Made by a program: the position numbers and the translations under genes. Of a DNA stretch of 64,000 bases, positions 1 through 13,108 are shown piece after piece (within the stretch, counting starts at the first letter, position 1; each line of letters begins with the position of its first letter). Location: positions 87,916,001 through 87,980,000 of the forward strand of contig OZ360229.1 of NCBI GenBank assembly GCA_977017645.1. The letters run 5' to 3'. This stretch comes from Torpedo marmorata. Taxonomy: Eukaryota. The notes under the pieces are model-generated. The model made no database searches, was not told the origin of the DNA, and saw only the letters and a list, made by a program, of their open reading frames with translations.

Positions 1-35
1 CGAGAGGGGTACGGCGGAAGCAAGATAGCAAGAAA
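1..35 (-). CDS. Candidate exon of an unidentified host gene, running off the window start
   Basis: Minus strand has a strong polypyrimidine tract and acceptor (ttttctccttgattttctctctcgccttgttcag) followed by CpG-containing sequence. One open frame reads FLLSCFRRTPL and is phase-compatible with the 19-nt exon at 228-246. Confidence 0.55.
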
Positions 36-227
36 CTGAACAAGGCGAGAGAGAAAATCAAGGAGAAAATTAAGATCAAACTCATTCTGCACAATGTTCA
101 GTTTAACAGAGTTGTTCAGAAATAGTTATTCCAATAAAGTTCTTAACCCTTTAACGTGTTGGAAAAAAATGCAAATGCATTTACACCATACAGTGAATAT
201 TAAATACAAAAATCAAGATGAATTTAC

Positions 228-246
228 CTAGTCACATTCTTCTGCT
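228..246 (-). CDS. Candidate 19-nt microexon
   Basis: Minus: atttcccatttcag|AGCAGAAGAATGTGACTAG|gtaaat, with a 192-nt intron to the next acceptor at 36-37. Confidence 0.5.
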
Positions 247-469
247 CTGAAATGGGAAATTTTAGATCAAGATGAGGAGAATAATTTAGCTCAAAGATGC
301 ACAATGAAAGGCAATGATGATAACTACACTGGTATCAAAACATATCCCCTGGCATTATTTTTGCATTGGATACAATGACAAGAGAATGGGACACAGAATA
401 AAACATTGCTGCCAATGTATCACAGTATATAATCTTGTTTTTTTTAAGGCCACATGAGTACATTGGACT

Positions 470-770
470 AGTGGCGTAGCTAGTAGAACTGCTGCCTCAA
501 GGCTGCAGTCTCCCAGGTTCAATCCTGACCTTGGGTGATAGCCGTGGAGTCTTCCTGTGACAAGTGTGCTTCCCGCAGATGCCTCGGCTTCCACCCCCCT
601 CCCACCATTTCAAACGTCATGCAGGTCGCGTAGGCTCCATAGTGACTGAATTGCTCCTGTTGTGTAGGAGAGTGGCAGCTCATAGGAATGTAGAAAGATT
701 GAAATGGGATTAGTGTGAGTGAGTGATCAGTGTGTCAGAGGCCGTTTCCATGCTGTCTCTCTCTCTCGAT
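470..770 (+). mobile_element. tRNA-derived SINE (HE1/V-SINE-like), decayed
   Basis: A-box-like gtggcgtagct, B-box-like ggttcaatcc, conserved central domain and a CR1-like tail (ccgtttccatgctgt). Confidence 0.7.
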
Positions 771-2459
771 GTAACCCGAGGTTGATTCAAGGTTAGCGAG
801 TCGCTTCTTTTGAAGAAACCCAACAGACTGGTCACGTTTCCCCCAAAATCCTCACCTGATCAACTCTGAACTCTGCTTAGGAACAAACACTATTTTAATC
901 AAATTCCTTCATTATTACTTCGAGAGGAAAGGATGCCAACCTGATGGTTTTTTTTCATTGTGATCGTTCTAGTATGATTCCAGTAAACCTGAAATCCATG
1001 GGAATATGAGGAAGAGTTCCTGGACCTTGATATTAGGCTTGGTGCAACAAGATCATTGTACAGTTGCAAACATGCTTCAAAATTGCACCAATAAACTTTT
1101 TTAAAAATAAAGATTGGACTCTCACTCAATTATCTCAGATACCTCGCATCAGAGAACAACTGACTTGTGCTGATTTTTCACTCAAGCCAAGCAGCTCACT
1201 CACTAAAATCTTTGCAAATCTGAAGGAATGTTAACCTAGAAACACATGTTCAGTAATTCAATAGAAGAGAGGAGGTCATGGCCGCATACTGAAATCCACT
1301 GGAAATCGATGACCATAATCCACCAGCTCCAACCAGCCTGAGCACCTCCAAGTGAGAACTCCTCCAGTGACATGCATCATAGAGCCATCCCAAAACTCCA
1401 GACAAGCCTCCAATTTCCCCAAGCTATCACTTTCCATCTGCCAGGAATGGAATCGTACCCTTAAAGCTGCACCCCAAAGAACAGTGCTTCCAAAGGAGAA
1501 GGGGGAGAACCTCAGGACAGGAGAACAGACCCAATAAATAGTGGCCAATTTGCCCTCGACCCCTTGGCTTGAGAGAGGGGAGGGTTTGTTTGCCAAATCA
1601 CAACGCTGTCACCCACCCAAGTCACACAATTCCATGCTGTGGAAGAAAACCTTCCCAGCGGATTGAGGGGTTAACAAGCTAGCAGTCACGTTTGACACCA
1701 ACAATAAATCCATAATTTATGTCTTCAAAACATATGTTTGAACACCTCATTTCTAAATTTAAGAGGCACACATACTCGTAAATCTCAGTTTCATTTCAAA
1801 CGAAAGCAGATTACAGCCGTGTGTTATTGAGCAGTAATAGAGTTGGCCAGATAAATCAGTCGGCTTTAAACCCACGCTGATCAATCTGCTATATATAATT
1901 CCTCCTGGGCTCTTGGTGCTGTGCAGTCAACTGCCTTCTGTGCTTCTAGGGTGCAGAAATAATAAAAATAAATTTATTGGATGACTCGGCCAACCATTGT
2001 TTATTCCCTGCACAGGCTTTCTCCCCAACTAAACATATGTCCCAAATCAGAAATAAGGGGCAGTAGAAAAATCAAGCAAGTCTCTAATATATACAATAAA
2101 ACCCCTGGTATCCAGTACCTATGGGGATTGGTAGATACCAGATAAGCGAGTTTTTCGGTTGCTTTTTAAAAAAAAATATTTTATTTAAAATTTTTAAATC
2201 ACACAGTACATAGTTTAAAATGCAAAATTATCAAATTACATGTGATACATTTTCACCCCCCCCTCCCTCCCCTCCCGAAAAGAAAGAAAGAAAGAAAGAA
2301 AAAGATAAAGTAAGGAGAATGTCAATCTAAAAAAGAACAACTGTAAACTAATTTTATTGTGGAACACAGGTTCGCCAGTCAGATCCGATATCCAGAGATC
2401 TTCAAATCCCTAAACCGACAGTTTTTATATACGGGTTCCATATTTTCAAAAAGAAATGA

Positions 2460-3091
2460 TTCATTCTACATGGTATTGTCCAAAGATTCAAGTTTTTTGG
2501 TTGAAAGTTTAAAAAAAACTTTAGATAAAATATTTAATATTACATTTCCAATGGATCCTATGTTATTTTTATTTGGAGATATTAAAAAATTTAGTATTAA
2601 AAAGAAATTAAATATGTTTCAAGTAGAATTTTTACGAATTGCTTTAGCTGTTTCGAAAAAATGCATTGCTATTACTTGGAAATCTGATTTAGATTTAGGA
2701 TTAGAAAGATGGCATGCAGAGCTCCGTTCGTGTATACCACTGGAAAAAATTACTTATAATTTACGTAATAAATATCATTTCTTCTTGAAAATTTGGAGCC
2801 CATATATGAGAGCTGTGGGTTTAAGGATCTGAAGATCTCTAGATATCGGATCTACTGGCATATTTGACCTCCGTAATAGAATTAGTTTATAGATGATATT
2901 CCCCTTATTCTATCTTTTTCTTTCTTTCTTTTTTCTATTTTTACTTTTATTTTATATTACTAGATTAGTGGGGATGGGGGGGGGTTGGGGAGGGAAGGTG
3001 GGGGGGTGAAAATGTATCACATGTATTTTGATAATTTTATATTTTATCTTATGTATTTTGTGATTTAAAAGTTTAAATAAAATAAAATAAA
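2460..3091 (+). mobile_element. 5'-truncated 3' end of a second, diverged L1, inverted within the first
   Basis: Encodes the ORF2 C-terminus (HSTWYCPK...FFLKIWSPYMRAVGLRI*), then a G-rich 3'UTR and (taaaa)n tail. It is an imperfect reverse complement of 2165-2460. Confidence 0.88.
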
Positions 3092-3092
3092 T

Positions 3093-5680
3093 TTTAATTG
3101 GGCTGCTTTATAATAATATTGAAAATTAGGAAGTTGTAAACCACCCATTTCATAATTCCAAGTTAATTTCTCCATACCTACTCTAGCCAACTTTCCTTTC
3201 CACAAGAATTTCCTAATAATTAAATTTAAATCTTTAAAGAATTTGAGGAATTTCATAAGGAATTGATTGAAAAAGATATTGAATTCTTGGAAAAACATTT
3301 ATTTTAATACAATTTACCCTTTCTATTAAAGTTATAGGTAAATCCTTCCAACTTTCTAAATCATTTTTAATATTCATAAATAATGGTAAATAATTTAATT
3401 TATATAAATTGGCTAATTTTGTATCTATCTTTATTCCCAAATATTTAATTCCTCGATTTGACCATTTAAATTGTGTAATTTCTTTACATTTATTATAATC
3501 CCCTTGTGTCAATGCCATAATTTCACTTTTATCAGAATTAATCTTATAACCAGAGATTCCCCATTTCTCTCAGTAAACCATTCAATTGTATTAAAATAGT
3601 AATAGGTTTTGTCATATAAATCAATACGTCATCTGAAAATAAACTAATTTTATGCTCTTCATTACCAACTTTAATATCTACAATCTTAATATCCTGTCTA
3701 ATTAATTCTGCTAAAGGTTCTATTGCTAAAATAAACAATGCTGGTGACAAAGGGCATCCTTGTCTGGTTGACCTAGTAAAAGAAAATTTTGAAGAAATTT
3801 GTCCATTTGTAACCACTCTGGCAGAACATTCTTTATATGTAGTTTTAATCCAATTAATAAATGTAGTTCCAAAACCAAATTTTCCCAGTACTTTAAATAA
3901 ATAATTCTACTCTAATCTGTCAAAAGCCTTTTCGGCATCTAATGTTAATACTAATTCCTCTCTCTTTTGTGCCACATTTGCTAAACTAATTAATCTAGCT
4001 ATATTATCTTTTGAATATCTATTCTTAATAAAACCTGCTTGATCTACATGAATTAAATCTGGTAAATATTTAGCCACTCTATTTGCTAAAATTTTCGCCA
4101 TTATCTTATAATCCACATTTAGCAACGAAATTGGTCTGTATGATTCTGTTTTCAACAAATCTATCTTTTTTCGTTATAACTGTTATTATTGCATTTGAAA
4201 AAGTTTCCGGTAGAGAATGAGTTTCCGTTATTTGTTTTAACACCTCCATATAAGGAGGTATCAATAAATCCTTAAATTCCTTATAAAATTCTGATGTGAA
4301 ACAATCCTCCCCCGGAGATTTTCCACTTGTTAACTTCTCTCATCGTAAACGATGAATCTAAAAATTCTTTACTATGAATATTTAACCTAGGCATCTTAAT
4401 TTTAGATAAAAATTCATTAATTTTAGAATCATCTTTATCAGTTTGAGATTTATATAAATTTAAATAAAAAGCCTTGAAAGAATCATTTATTTCTCGCGGT
4501 TTGTATGTTATTTTCTTAGAATTCCTTTTTATAGCCGTTATAGTTCGAGGTTTGTTCTTTCTTTAATTGCCAGGCTAAGACTTTATGAGCTTTCTCCCAA
4601 TTCATAATATCTTTGCTTAGTTCTTTCAATTAATTTTTCCATTTTATATGTTTGTAACGTATTATAATAATTTTTTCTCAATTAAATTTTTCCTCTTTTC
4701 TTCTGATCTCTTTTTTGCAAATCCTTCTCCAAAAACTCAATCTCCTTCTCCAAATTATCCAATTCCTGAATATATTCCTTCTTAATTTTTGCCGAATAAC
4801 TTATTTGACCTCAAATAAGCTTTCAAAGCCTCCCAAATAATAAATTTATTGTCAATGGAATCAGAATTAATCTGTAAAAATTATTGAATTTCTCTTATAT
4901 AATTACAAAAATCCGTTCTTTTCAATAAAGAGGAATTAAATCTCTATCTATATATATTTTTTTCTTTTTCTGGAATTATACATGACATTAATAGAGGCGA
5001 ATGATCAGAAATTATTCTTGCCTTATATTGCGCTTGGGTCACCCTATCTTCTAATTGTGATGACAGTAAAAACATGTCTATTCTAGAGTAAGAATCATGT
5101 CTAATAAAAGGAATAATCTTTTTCTCTCGGATTCAACTTCCTCCAAATATCAATTAAATTCAAATCTTTCATCAAAGTAAGAATTCTTTTAGCAGTTTTA
5201 GTTCTAATAGTTGATTTCGATGTTTTATCCATTATTGGATCTAAACAACAATTGAAATCTCTACCAATTAAAATATTATCATTTGCTTCTGACAAATGCA
5301 TAAAGGAATCTTGAATAAATTGTTCATCTTGCATATTTGGCACATATATATTCATAAGTGTCCACATTTCTGAATATATCTGAGAGTTTATTAAGACATA
5401 TCTTACTGACACATCTGTAACCACTGATTGTATTTTAAAGGGTAACTTTTTATTAATTAATATAGCAACTCCTTTTGCTTTAGAATTAAATGAAGACGCT
5501 ACCACTTGACCAACCCATTCTCTTTTCAACTTCTGATGTTCTAAATCTGTCAAATCCGTCTCGTAAAAAAGCTATATCTACATTCAACTTTTTAATATAT
5601 GCTAAAGTTTTCTTCCTTTCAATCAGATGATTTAGCCCATTTATATTAATACTTACTACATTTATTAATTTACTATCCGA
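3093..5680 (-). pseudogene. L1 ORF2 (APE endonuclease + RT), frameshifted and truncated
   Basis: Endonuclease motifs (ININGLN, GVAILI, RDFN); RT motifs YRPISLLNVDYK, LDAEKAFD, RQGCPLSP, LFSDD, IKYLGI. Confidence 0.92.
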
Positions 5681-5954
5681 AATTTCTAATATTTAATAAC
5701 TCTCTCTCCATCAGACCCGCCAGTTCCCCCTTCCACATTTGTAATCTATTTGACATCTCCTTAGAAAGAAAAAGAAATAAAAAGAAAAAGAAAAAACTAA
5801 AAAGCCCACTGTATATAATACTGGTAAATTTACACCAGTACTACCACCCTCCATTGCTCGGGAAGTGGCCCTCGCCATGAAGATGACGTGTGACTAGGTA
5901 CGAAGACGACAAAAAGTCCACCTCCCCCCAAACAGATTTTCCAAAACATTTGTT

Positions 5955-7386
5955 ATCATTTCTTCATCCAGCTTGTTCGAGATCTCTATTAACTTGATCC
6001 TCATCGATTACGACCACATTCTCTTGTCCTGAAGCTCTTGGTGAAAGCAGTTCCTGAGTCAGTAGAGTAACTTAATATTGCCCCAAAAAGTCTTGATCTT
6101 TCTTTAATTCCGGAAGTAAATTTGCTTGCTGCAAAGCTTCTTGATAGTCAGTGAAAAAGAATGATTGATTATCTGCAGACTGTACCTTCAATGTCACAGG
6201 ATATCTAAATAAAAATTTATATCCTTTACTCCACAAAACTGCTTTCGCTGGATTAAATTCTTTGTTTTTTTATTATTGCCGTACTCAAATCAGCATAAAA
6301 AATACCCTATTTTTATCAATCATCAATGGACCATTATACTTTTTTGCATTTTGAACAGCTAATTTCAATATCATCTCTTTATCCTGGTATCGAAGACATC
6401 TAATTAAAACTGAACGTGGCCTTTGACCAGGATACGGTTTCCTTCTATGATCTCTATGAGCTCTATCTAATTCAAGTCCATTTGGAAAATGATCAGTACC
6501 CAAAGTCTCTGGAATCCATTTTTGAAAAAATATAGTTGAATTCATCCCTTCAAAATCTTCGGGTAGTCCCACGATCTTAACATTATTTCTCTGACTCTGA
6601 TTCTCCAATACATCTATTTTTTGTAAAAGTTCCTTTCTTTGTAATTCCCAACCTGTAAATGAGTCTTCCACTTTTTCCACTCTATCTTTGCAGTCCACCA
6701 TTTCTTCATAGTGTTCTTTAACATCCTCTTCAATTTTTTGGACCTTCAATGTTACTTTGTCCACAATATTTGTATATTTTTTCATATCTTGTTTAATATC
6801 TTTCATTTCTTCCTTAACTTCATTAAATCCATGTTGCATACGTTAATTCAATATTGACATTTGGTTTGCTATTTTGTCCATAGCTTGAATAAATGTCACT
6901 GATAATTCTTGTTTACCTTGAAGTATTTGAGTCTCCTCTTCTCCACTTATTTCTTCTTGCTCCTCTCCCTCCATCTCTTGTATCCCTCCTTCCAATTCTT
7001 CATATTTCTTCCTCTCTTTTATCTTCTGACTCTGTTGATGATGATAGTTCTTGTCCAGCTTCATAACGATATAAGTGAGAGACTTTTCCTCTACTGTCAG
7101 CCTTAGCTGACAGTTCCCGATATTTATCGCGCATGCGCAGTCGTTCCGTCTGAAGTTGTAGTTCCTTAGTCTTTCTTTGAGCACCAGCGCCATCTTCCCC
7201 AGCTCCCCGGGAGGACGGTACTGGAGCTGCAATTACCTTCACCGCCCTTGTCTGCATCTTCCTGGGGGGCAGAGGAACCTGATCCCGAGGCTCCATCGCT
7301 AAGGTAGGCCGATCTTCCACTTGAATTAAACTTTCTTTAAACACTGTTTTCTTTAACTTTTGCTCCTTCCCTTTTCTAGTGGACAT
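5955..7386 (-). pseudogene. L1 ORF1 (coiled coil + RRM), frameshifted
   Basis: ORF pieces 7000-7386, 6843-7232 and 6285-6839 contain LENQSQRNNVKIVGLPE, LDRAHR and PRSVLIRCLRYQDKE, typical of L1 ORF1p. Confidence 0.88.
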
Positions 7387-8909
7387 TCTTCAATCGTTAA
7401 TAAACAATCTTAACTTTTTTTAATAACTAAATAAGTTTTTTTCCAGGTTTTAATTAGTTCTGTAGGGAGAGGTGTATTTTCACGTCTCCAACCTACACCA
7501 TCACGCCATGCCCCTCCATTTTTTGGTTGCTTGAGACTGGGTGTTGCATGAATGGAGAACTAGCGACGAGCGTGCCAATTTTAAACCCGCATTTTTTACT
7601 GCGATATTTTTGCTGGTTGCTTGAGGTTGTCGATTGCTTGGATTCCAGATAACAGGGATTTTACTGTACTTGCAAGAGGCTCATCGTGTAGGCAAAGAAA
7701 TTCTCAAACCACACCCAAAAAATAGTTTGAGGCAAGATAATGTTCATTTTCCGTCACTGTTCCAAATGCTTGCAATTTATTGGTTATTCTAAATTCTCAT
7801 CTCAGACATAATCTGCACTTACCAAGAGATAGCTTTGGCTCTATGTTTTTATCTCCAAAACCCTCCTCGAGAACACAGCTCAATGTCCAACATTATCATT
7901 TATTTAAACCCTGTGATATTCTTTACTGCTGCAATTACTCAAGTCAATAACCAATTTTATACCCTTTTATAACCTTATCTCCAGCAGATTTCCTCTACAA
8001 CACAAAAGTCACTACAAATTCAAAAGAATTTTAATGGCTGTAAAGTATCTTGAGATTGTTAAAATATCATGTACGCAATGACAAAATGGGATTAAGAATG
8101 AGGGAATGTGCAGAAAGACTGGAAAACAGATCCTACATGGAAACCATCCTAGGAATCAGAACTACCAGCTGCTATAACTCACCAGCCCCCACCCTCTGCG
8201 CTATCCCCTAATCAAAATCTTAAACATCCAAATCAGATTACTTCTTCGACAAGTGAATACCAAACCATCTTATGCAAGTTAACTCCTTCAGATACCACAA
8301 TGTAATTGGGTTCTTTTCCCCATCGTGTTGTCACATTAAGCAACTTGGGTTGATTCCTGTGCTGGTCACAACCAAGAGGAGGAGGAACAACTATATATTA
8401 AAATGCTGAAGATTTCACCAGCTGGGTGTTAAGTTTTGAGGACTTGGTAAAGTACGAGCTTCAGGAAGGAGATATACATACTACAAATAATTCTCCTCAA
8501 TCACTTCTGAAAGTAACTAAGTGGGAGCTAATTTGCTTAATCTTCTGTAATATAGCTACCTTCTATAAACTGCAGTTTTGAGAAACATTCCTGCTTTTAT
8601 GAGGAAACTGTTTTAAGTTTAAGAATTCAGAGACACCAGTGGACTAATTGGAAGTGCTGCCCTTGTATCCAACTTCTTGGACTCAACAATGCCCTCAATA
8701 TTCACTCCGCTGCATAGAATCTCGCTCCAACAAAAGGATACAAAATACAAAGAATCGCATTCTGTAACATCTTTTCCTTTCATCTTTTTCCATCCATGGT
8801 CCTCCGGTCTTTGCCCTAAAGTTTCCAACCCTTCCCTGCATTCAAAATAAAATTAGTAACCACTGCTTAAAACTTTCTGCACCAAAGCACTGCATCCAAT
8901 TATACTCAC

Positions 8910-8923
8910 AGCCTTGCAGAGTG
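8910..8923 (-). other. Candidate 14-nt microexon
   Basis: Minus: ctaat...ttgttctgtaatatag|CACTCTGCAAGGCT|gtgagtat. The donor is strong and the acceptor moderate. Confidence 0.3.
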
Positions 8924-9219
8924 CTATATTACAGAACAACCAATATTCATTAGAGCAAATTGTTGTTGCATAAACTGGATATTATCTCCAGGCAGAGGCT
9001 TAAAATGATTACCACAGTTGATATCCATCCTATTTCCGAGTTTGTTCAATCCATCAAACCCCAAAGTTAAAGTTGAGCTAAAGCTACAAAATGCCTCACG
9101 TCACCCTGCTTTTCTTCACCAATCACTTTAAATCCCTTTACCCGATTCCCTACCTTTGCCAATGGAACGTTACACTCCATTTTATCAAAATTATGGAATT
9201 AAAAAACCTTCTCTACTTT

Positions 9220-9460
9220 AAAGACAAGCTAGCCTCTTCAGGCATCCAGACAAGTCATACCTTTGTGATAAAACTCCTCTGCACCCTTTCCAGGGTCCTG
9301 ACATCTCTTCTGAAGCATGGTGCTTTGAATTGACCACAATACTTCAACTGAGGACTAACAAAAGTTTTCTAAAGGTTTAGAAAGAATTACCTCTTTTTGC
9401 CCTCCACTAACAACATCAATATGCTTTTAGTAACCGTACAAAGTTGTCCCTGCACCTCAG
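9220..9460 (-). mobile_element. Old CR1 LINE fragment
   Basis: Decayed CR1 RT C-terminal segment (ctcctctgcaccctttcc...cacaatact), homologous to other CR1 copies in the window. Confidence 0.6.
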
Positions 9461-10282
9461 GACAGACACACCCAGAAGCAACTATTTCTGGGCCATAGGT
9501 AAGAACTGAACAGGATCGTTCTCTCCATTCATTCCTCAACTATCAGCAGATTACCCAGCAACTGGTTTAATCTTGGAGCTTGCCTGGCACAAACAGATGA
9601 CAACATTCACCCATATAACAGCAGTGCTGCCTCATCTAACTGTGATTAAAATGATGAAGCTGATTGAAAGAAATAGGAAAACATACAGTGTGTACATCTC
9701 TGAGGCATGAGACAAAGTGGACCTTCACAGTGGCAATATCTTTGGCTACTAACCCTGGCACTCACTCCATTAACAAGTTCACAGTGGAAGGGAATCACTG
9801 GATATAACACCATCACTGAACCGTGGAGTGCATAAAGATTTTTCCAACCCCAAGTGCTTGAAAACCAATTTAAAAAAGAAATTCATTCAAGGCATGTGGC
9901 AACATCGAGAATAATGGCACGTCCTTAATTGAAACTGAACTGATTTTAAACGAGGTTGCACAGGGTAGCAAAATGCTTTGGGTCTGGGATCTCAAGCTAG
10001 ACTGGTTAAAGGCATCAGATTTCTTTTCCTGAAGGACAATCCAGTGGTTTCATGGTGACCATTTCTGTTACTTTTTAAACTCTAGTTTTATTTAACTAAA
10101 CTTAATTCACCACCTTCCCACCCCGCTGTGGGATTTGAACTCAACTTTGGATCTTAGACCACAATTTTGGAAGACGAACCCCACAAAACAAACCATTGGG
10201 CTATCATACACACAAAATCAAGGCCAGACCAGAATATAAAAATGCAATACATAAATGCTGCAAAAAGGCTGACAAAGCTTTG

Positions 10283-10338
10283 CATATTGAATGTTTGCAC
10301 TATGATGCTGCCGCAAAACACCGAATTTCATGACTTGA
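10283..10338 (+). mobile_element. Very short 3' tail of the Rex1/Babar family seen at 23995-24915
   Basis: Near-identical to 24839-24914 (tgcactatgatgctgccgcaaaacaccgaatttcatg). Confidence 0.85.
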
Positions 10339-12099
10339 TCGTGATGATAAATTCTGATTAAGGAACTATACTGAAACACAACTACTGGTTACTACAGATC
10401 TAACAAGAAAAAGTACAGAATAGACCAGCATCAGTCATCCACAAAAGCTTCCAACTGGAGGAGTTTTAGAAGCTCAGTAAAACAGGCTGTGCTCTTTGTA
10501 CAAAAGATGAATTGCTGTAGTGTCCACAAGAGACAGTCAGGTCTGTAATGTTTCTGTAATGGGAGAGTGGATGTGGCTTTGATTAATAGCTCAATGATGT
10601 AAAGCTGATGGCCTTGATCTGAATGGAACAATGCAATTAAAATTCTCTAGCCTGCCCAACTTGAGAGCCTGAAGGTGTCCACATTTAGATGCCTTTCAAA
10701 CAGAAAGACTTCCGGAGGAACCCCATTTAGTGGGAATAGGTCTTTCCAATACTTCCCTTCAGTTTAAACTCTGCTCAGATGAGAGAGGTCCCCGTGATTT
10801 GGTTCCAGATACTAGATCCTCCCATTTACATTATGGTGACACCATTTCCAAACTGTGCCCATTATTGCCACAAGAAAAACTGATGGGATTAAAACAAAAG
10901 GCAGAAGTTAAAATCAGATCTCGTATCACATTCACCTGATCAGTGTTACAAATTGGGGTCAACATTTTTCAGTTAATTTCAGTGCAACTTCAACAGAAAC
11001 TCTTGTTAAAGTGAATATAAATTTCTGAACTTGCCACCAACACCGCAAAAGGAACTCTAGCTGTTTTATAACGAGCAGCAACCACAAGCATTTTGAACCT
11101 CAGCATTTAATTTGAAGAAACAGAAACCACAGCATCTTGGTTTGTTGTTTTTCTCTAGGAGTGAACAATGTACACAAAAATGTGGCTTTTGCTCACAAAA
11201 TATTACACGCCCTGATTTGCTCATCACTGTCGTTAAAAAACTTGACTCCAAATTGGGTCAGGCAAGCCATGCCCTACTTCACAATTTACCACAAGAACCA
11301 GAACACTGGGTTTAAAAAAAAAACTATCAGCAGACCAACAGTCACATTTCCAAAAATTAAGACATTAATCCAATTTTGTTTCCATTCATCCACTGTCCCC
11401 GTTTTCACCATTCACTCCCGGTCCAACTCAAAGCTCTCAAAATTGTACTCAACTTTCCCAACATTCTTCCAACTAACTATCTCACACCTCTGGCTTTTCT
11501 GCATAGCATTTTTCACCTCACAATCAGTCACCATCCTTTTGGTTGCTTACACCTCAAGCATACCATCCTTGTCTCTATAAAATCCACCTCTGAGCCACAA
11601 TGTCACATTCCACCAGGTCCCATTCCTATGATGTACTTAGAGCGCCTTATTCCAGTAAATGCTCACTATAAATATCAGCTGTTCTACATCTGACTTTTCA
11701 AACTCACTTTATGCATTGGCTGCATGTCAATATACCCAAAAATCTAAACTTGGGCAAGGTGCCAAGGTTGTGCTCATGATCAGATATTCTCTCGCTTCAT
11801 AAAGCAGACCAGTTTTAGTGCTAGCTGCCTGGTGACCTCAAGACCATACAGCTCACTTAATAACCATTCAACACAAAAACTGATGCGCTCATAAGGGAAT
11901 ATTCCAAACCGAGTGGGAGTCTCTTTTTCTTCAACCATGGTTCTCCTCACATGCCAGTGAGAGACCCTAAATGTGCCTCAAGGATAGAGAGGCTCTGAAT
12001 TTCCAGCCACCAATGGAAGCACTGAACAATTCTGCTGTATGTCTGCCATGCCTCACAGTTGGTAATGCTCCCTCCTCAGAGAAGGACTGTTTAAGTTCA

Positions 12100-12430
12100 C
12101 GCCTCGCACCAAGGACATCCAGGATGCCACTCCGGTGCAGTGCTGAGGGAGGTGCCTTCTTTTGGACAAGATGTTAAGCCAAGTTCCTATTCCCCAAATT
12201 GGTTCTAAAATATCCATGACACTTTTTAAAAAAAAGAGTTAATTCCAAAATTTCTCTCAAACATTTTTATATTTTTATATTTTTTTTTATTTATTTATAT
12301 ATATATATAAAAGAACATCACACTGCTTTTTGTGAGAACTTGCTATGCGCAAGTCATCCAAAACATAATAGTGATTAGATTCATTGACGATAAAGCATTT
12401 GGAACATTCTGAAAGATACCATTTAAATGT
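12100..12430 (+). mobile_element. DeuSINE-like (SacSINE/AmnSINE type) remnant
   Basis: Deu-domain-like gtgcagtgctgagggaggtgcc...gatgttaagcc and an L2-like tail. Related minus-strand remnants lie near 13430-13590 and 43330-43445. Confidence 0.5.
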
Positions 12431-13072
12431 TTATTGGAGCTCATGAGTCACCAGACCAATACCAGTTGTGAATCATGGAATTGTAATGCAAGTGTTCACT
12501 CAACTCATGAAGGGCCATAACTGTGAGCCTGGATGACATACTCAAAACCATCAACCCAATGCTTCACAGCTCAAACATTCCACCATGCAAGTAGAAGGTC
12601 TGCTGCCTCATAGCAGTTTAAAATATAAAACTTATCGGTAGCTCTCAAATCACTCCATATGCAATGGCCAATTTCAACACAAACTGGTTTTGATCATTGG
12701 CAAACCAGATAGGATTAAGAACCATAAACAGCAAAAAGATGAGTGGCTAGCTCATGCACTTTTATCAAACTGGTTGAGGGGGACAGCGGGGACTCCCAAC
12801 AGACAAGCATCTGGGAATATCTGATCTCACAGAGGCACTTCTGGCAACGTAGCACTCCCTTCCTCAGACATTTATCAGCTATTCAAAGTCTATACAGATG
12901 TTTCATATCATCAGCTCCTGTCAAATGACAAACCAACTTAGGCCATGAATATTTAATATGGTTGCTTGCATCGTTTTACTGCACAGAATAACCAGAATGT
13001 TTATAAAACAATTTTCATAAACTTCAGATATCCCATTGAATTTCACAATGAAGAGCATTTGAAGGGTAGTCA

Positions 13073-13108
<36 letters not shown>

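Larger units (their letters stand above)
2165..7518 (-). mobile_element. L1-clade LINE with intact 5' end, decayed and internally rearranged
   Basis: 5'UTR starts GGAGGGGCATGGCGTGATGG; ORF1, endonuclease and RT remnants present; 3'UTR and A-rich tail at about 2165-2400; about 14-bp TSD TTTTT(C/T)GGTTGCTT at about 2151-2164 and 7519-7532. Confidence 0.93.
2094..7666. mobile_element. Tigger/pogo-like MITE (about 205 bp) split by the L1
   Basis: Imperfect TIRs CAATAAAACCCCTGGTATCCAG and CCAGATAACAGGGATTTTACTG, each flanked by TA (2092-93, 7667-68). The halves are about 2094-2164 and 7533-7666. Confidence 0.8.

Noticed and set aside
2359-2832. 157-aa plus-strand ORF as a host gene
   Set aside because: It is a chance fusion of antisense L1 3' sequence with the ORF2 C-terminus of the inverted L1.
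11066-11120. Minus ORF ending VQNACGCCSL*, resembling a CaaX terminal exon
   Set aside because: The only nearby acceptor is a weak GAG and there is no other support; probably chance.
13077-13106. About 30-nt poly(A) as a retrocopy tail
   Set aside because: No recognisable element or TSD upstream; treated as a simple repeat.
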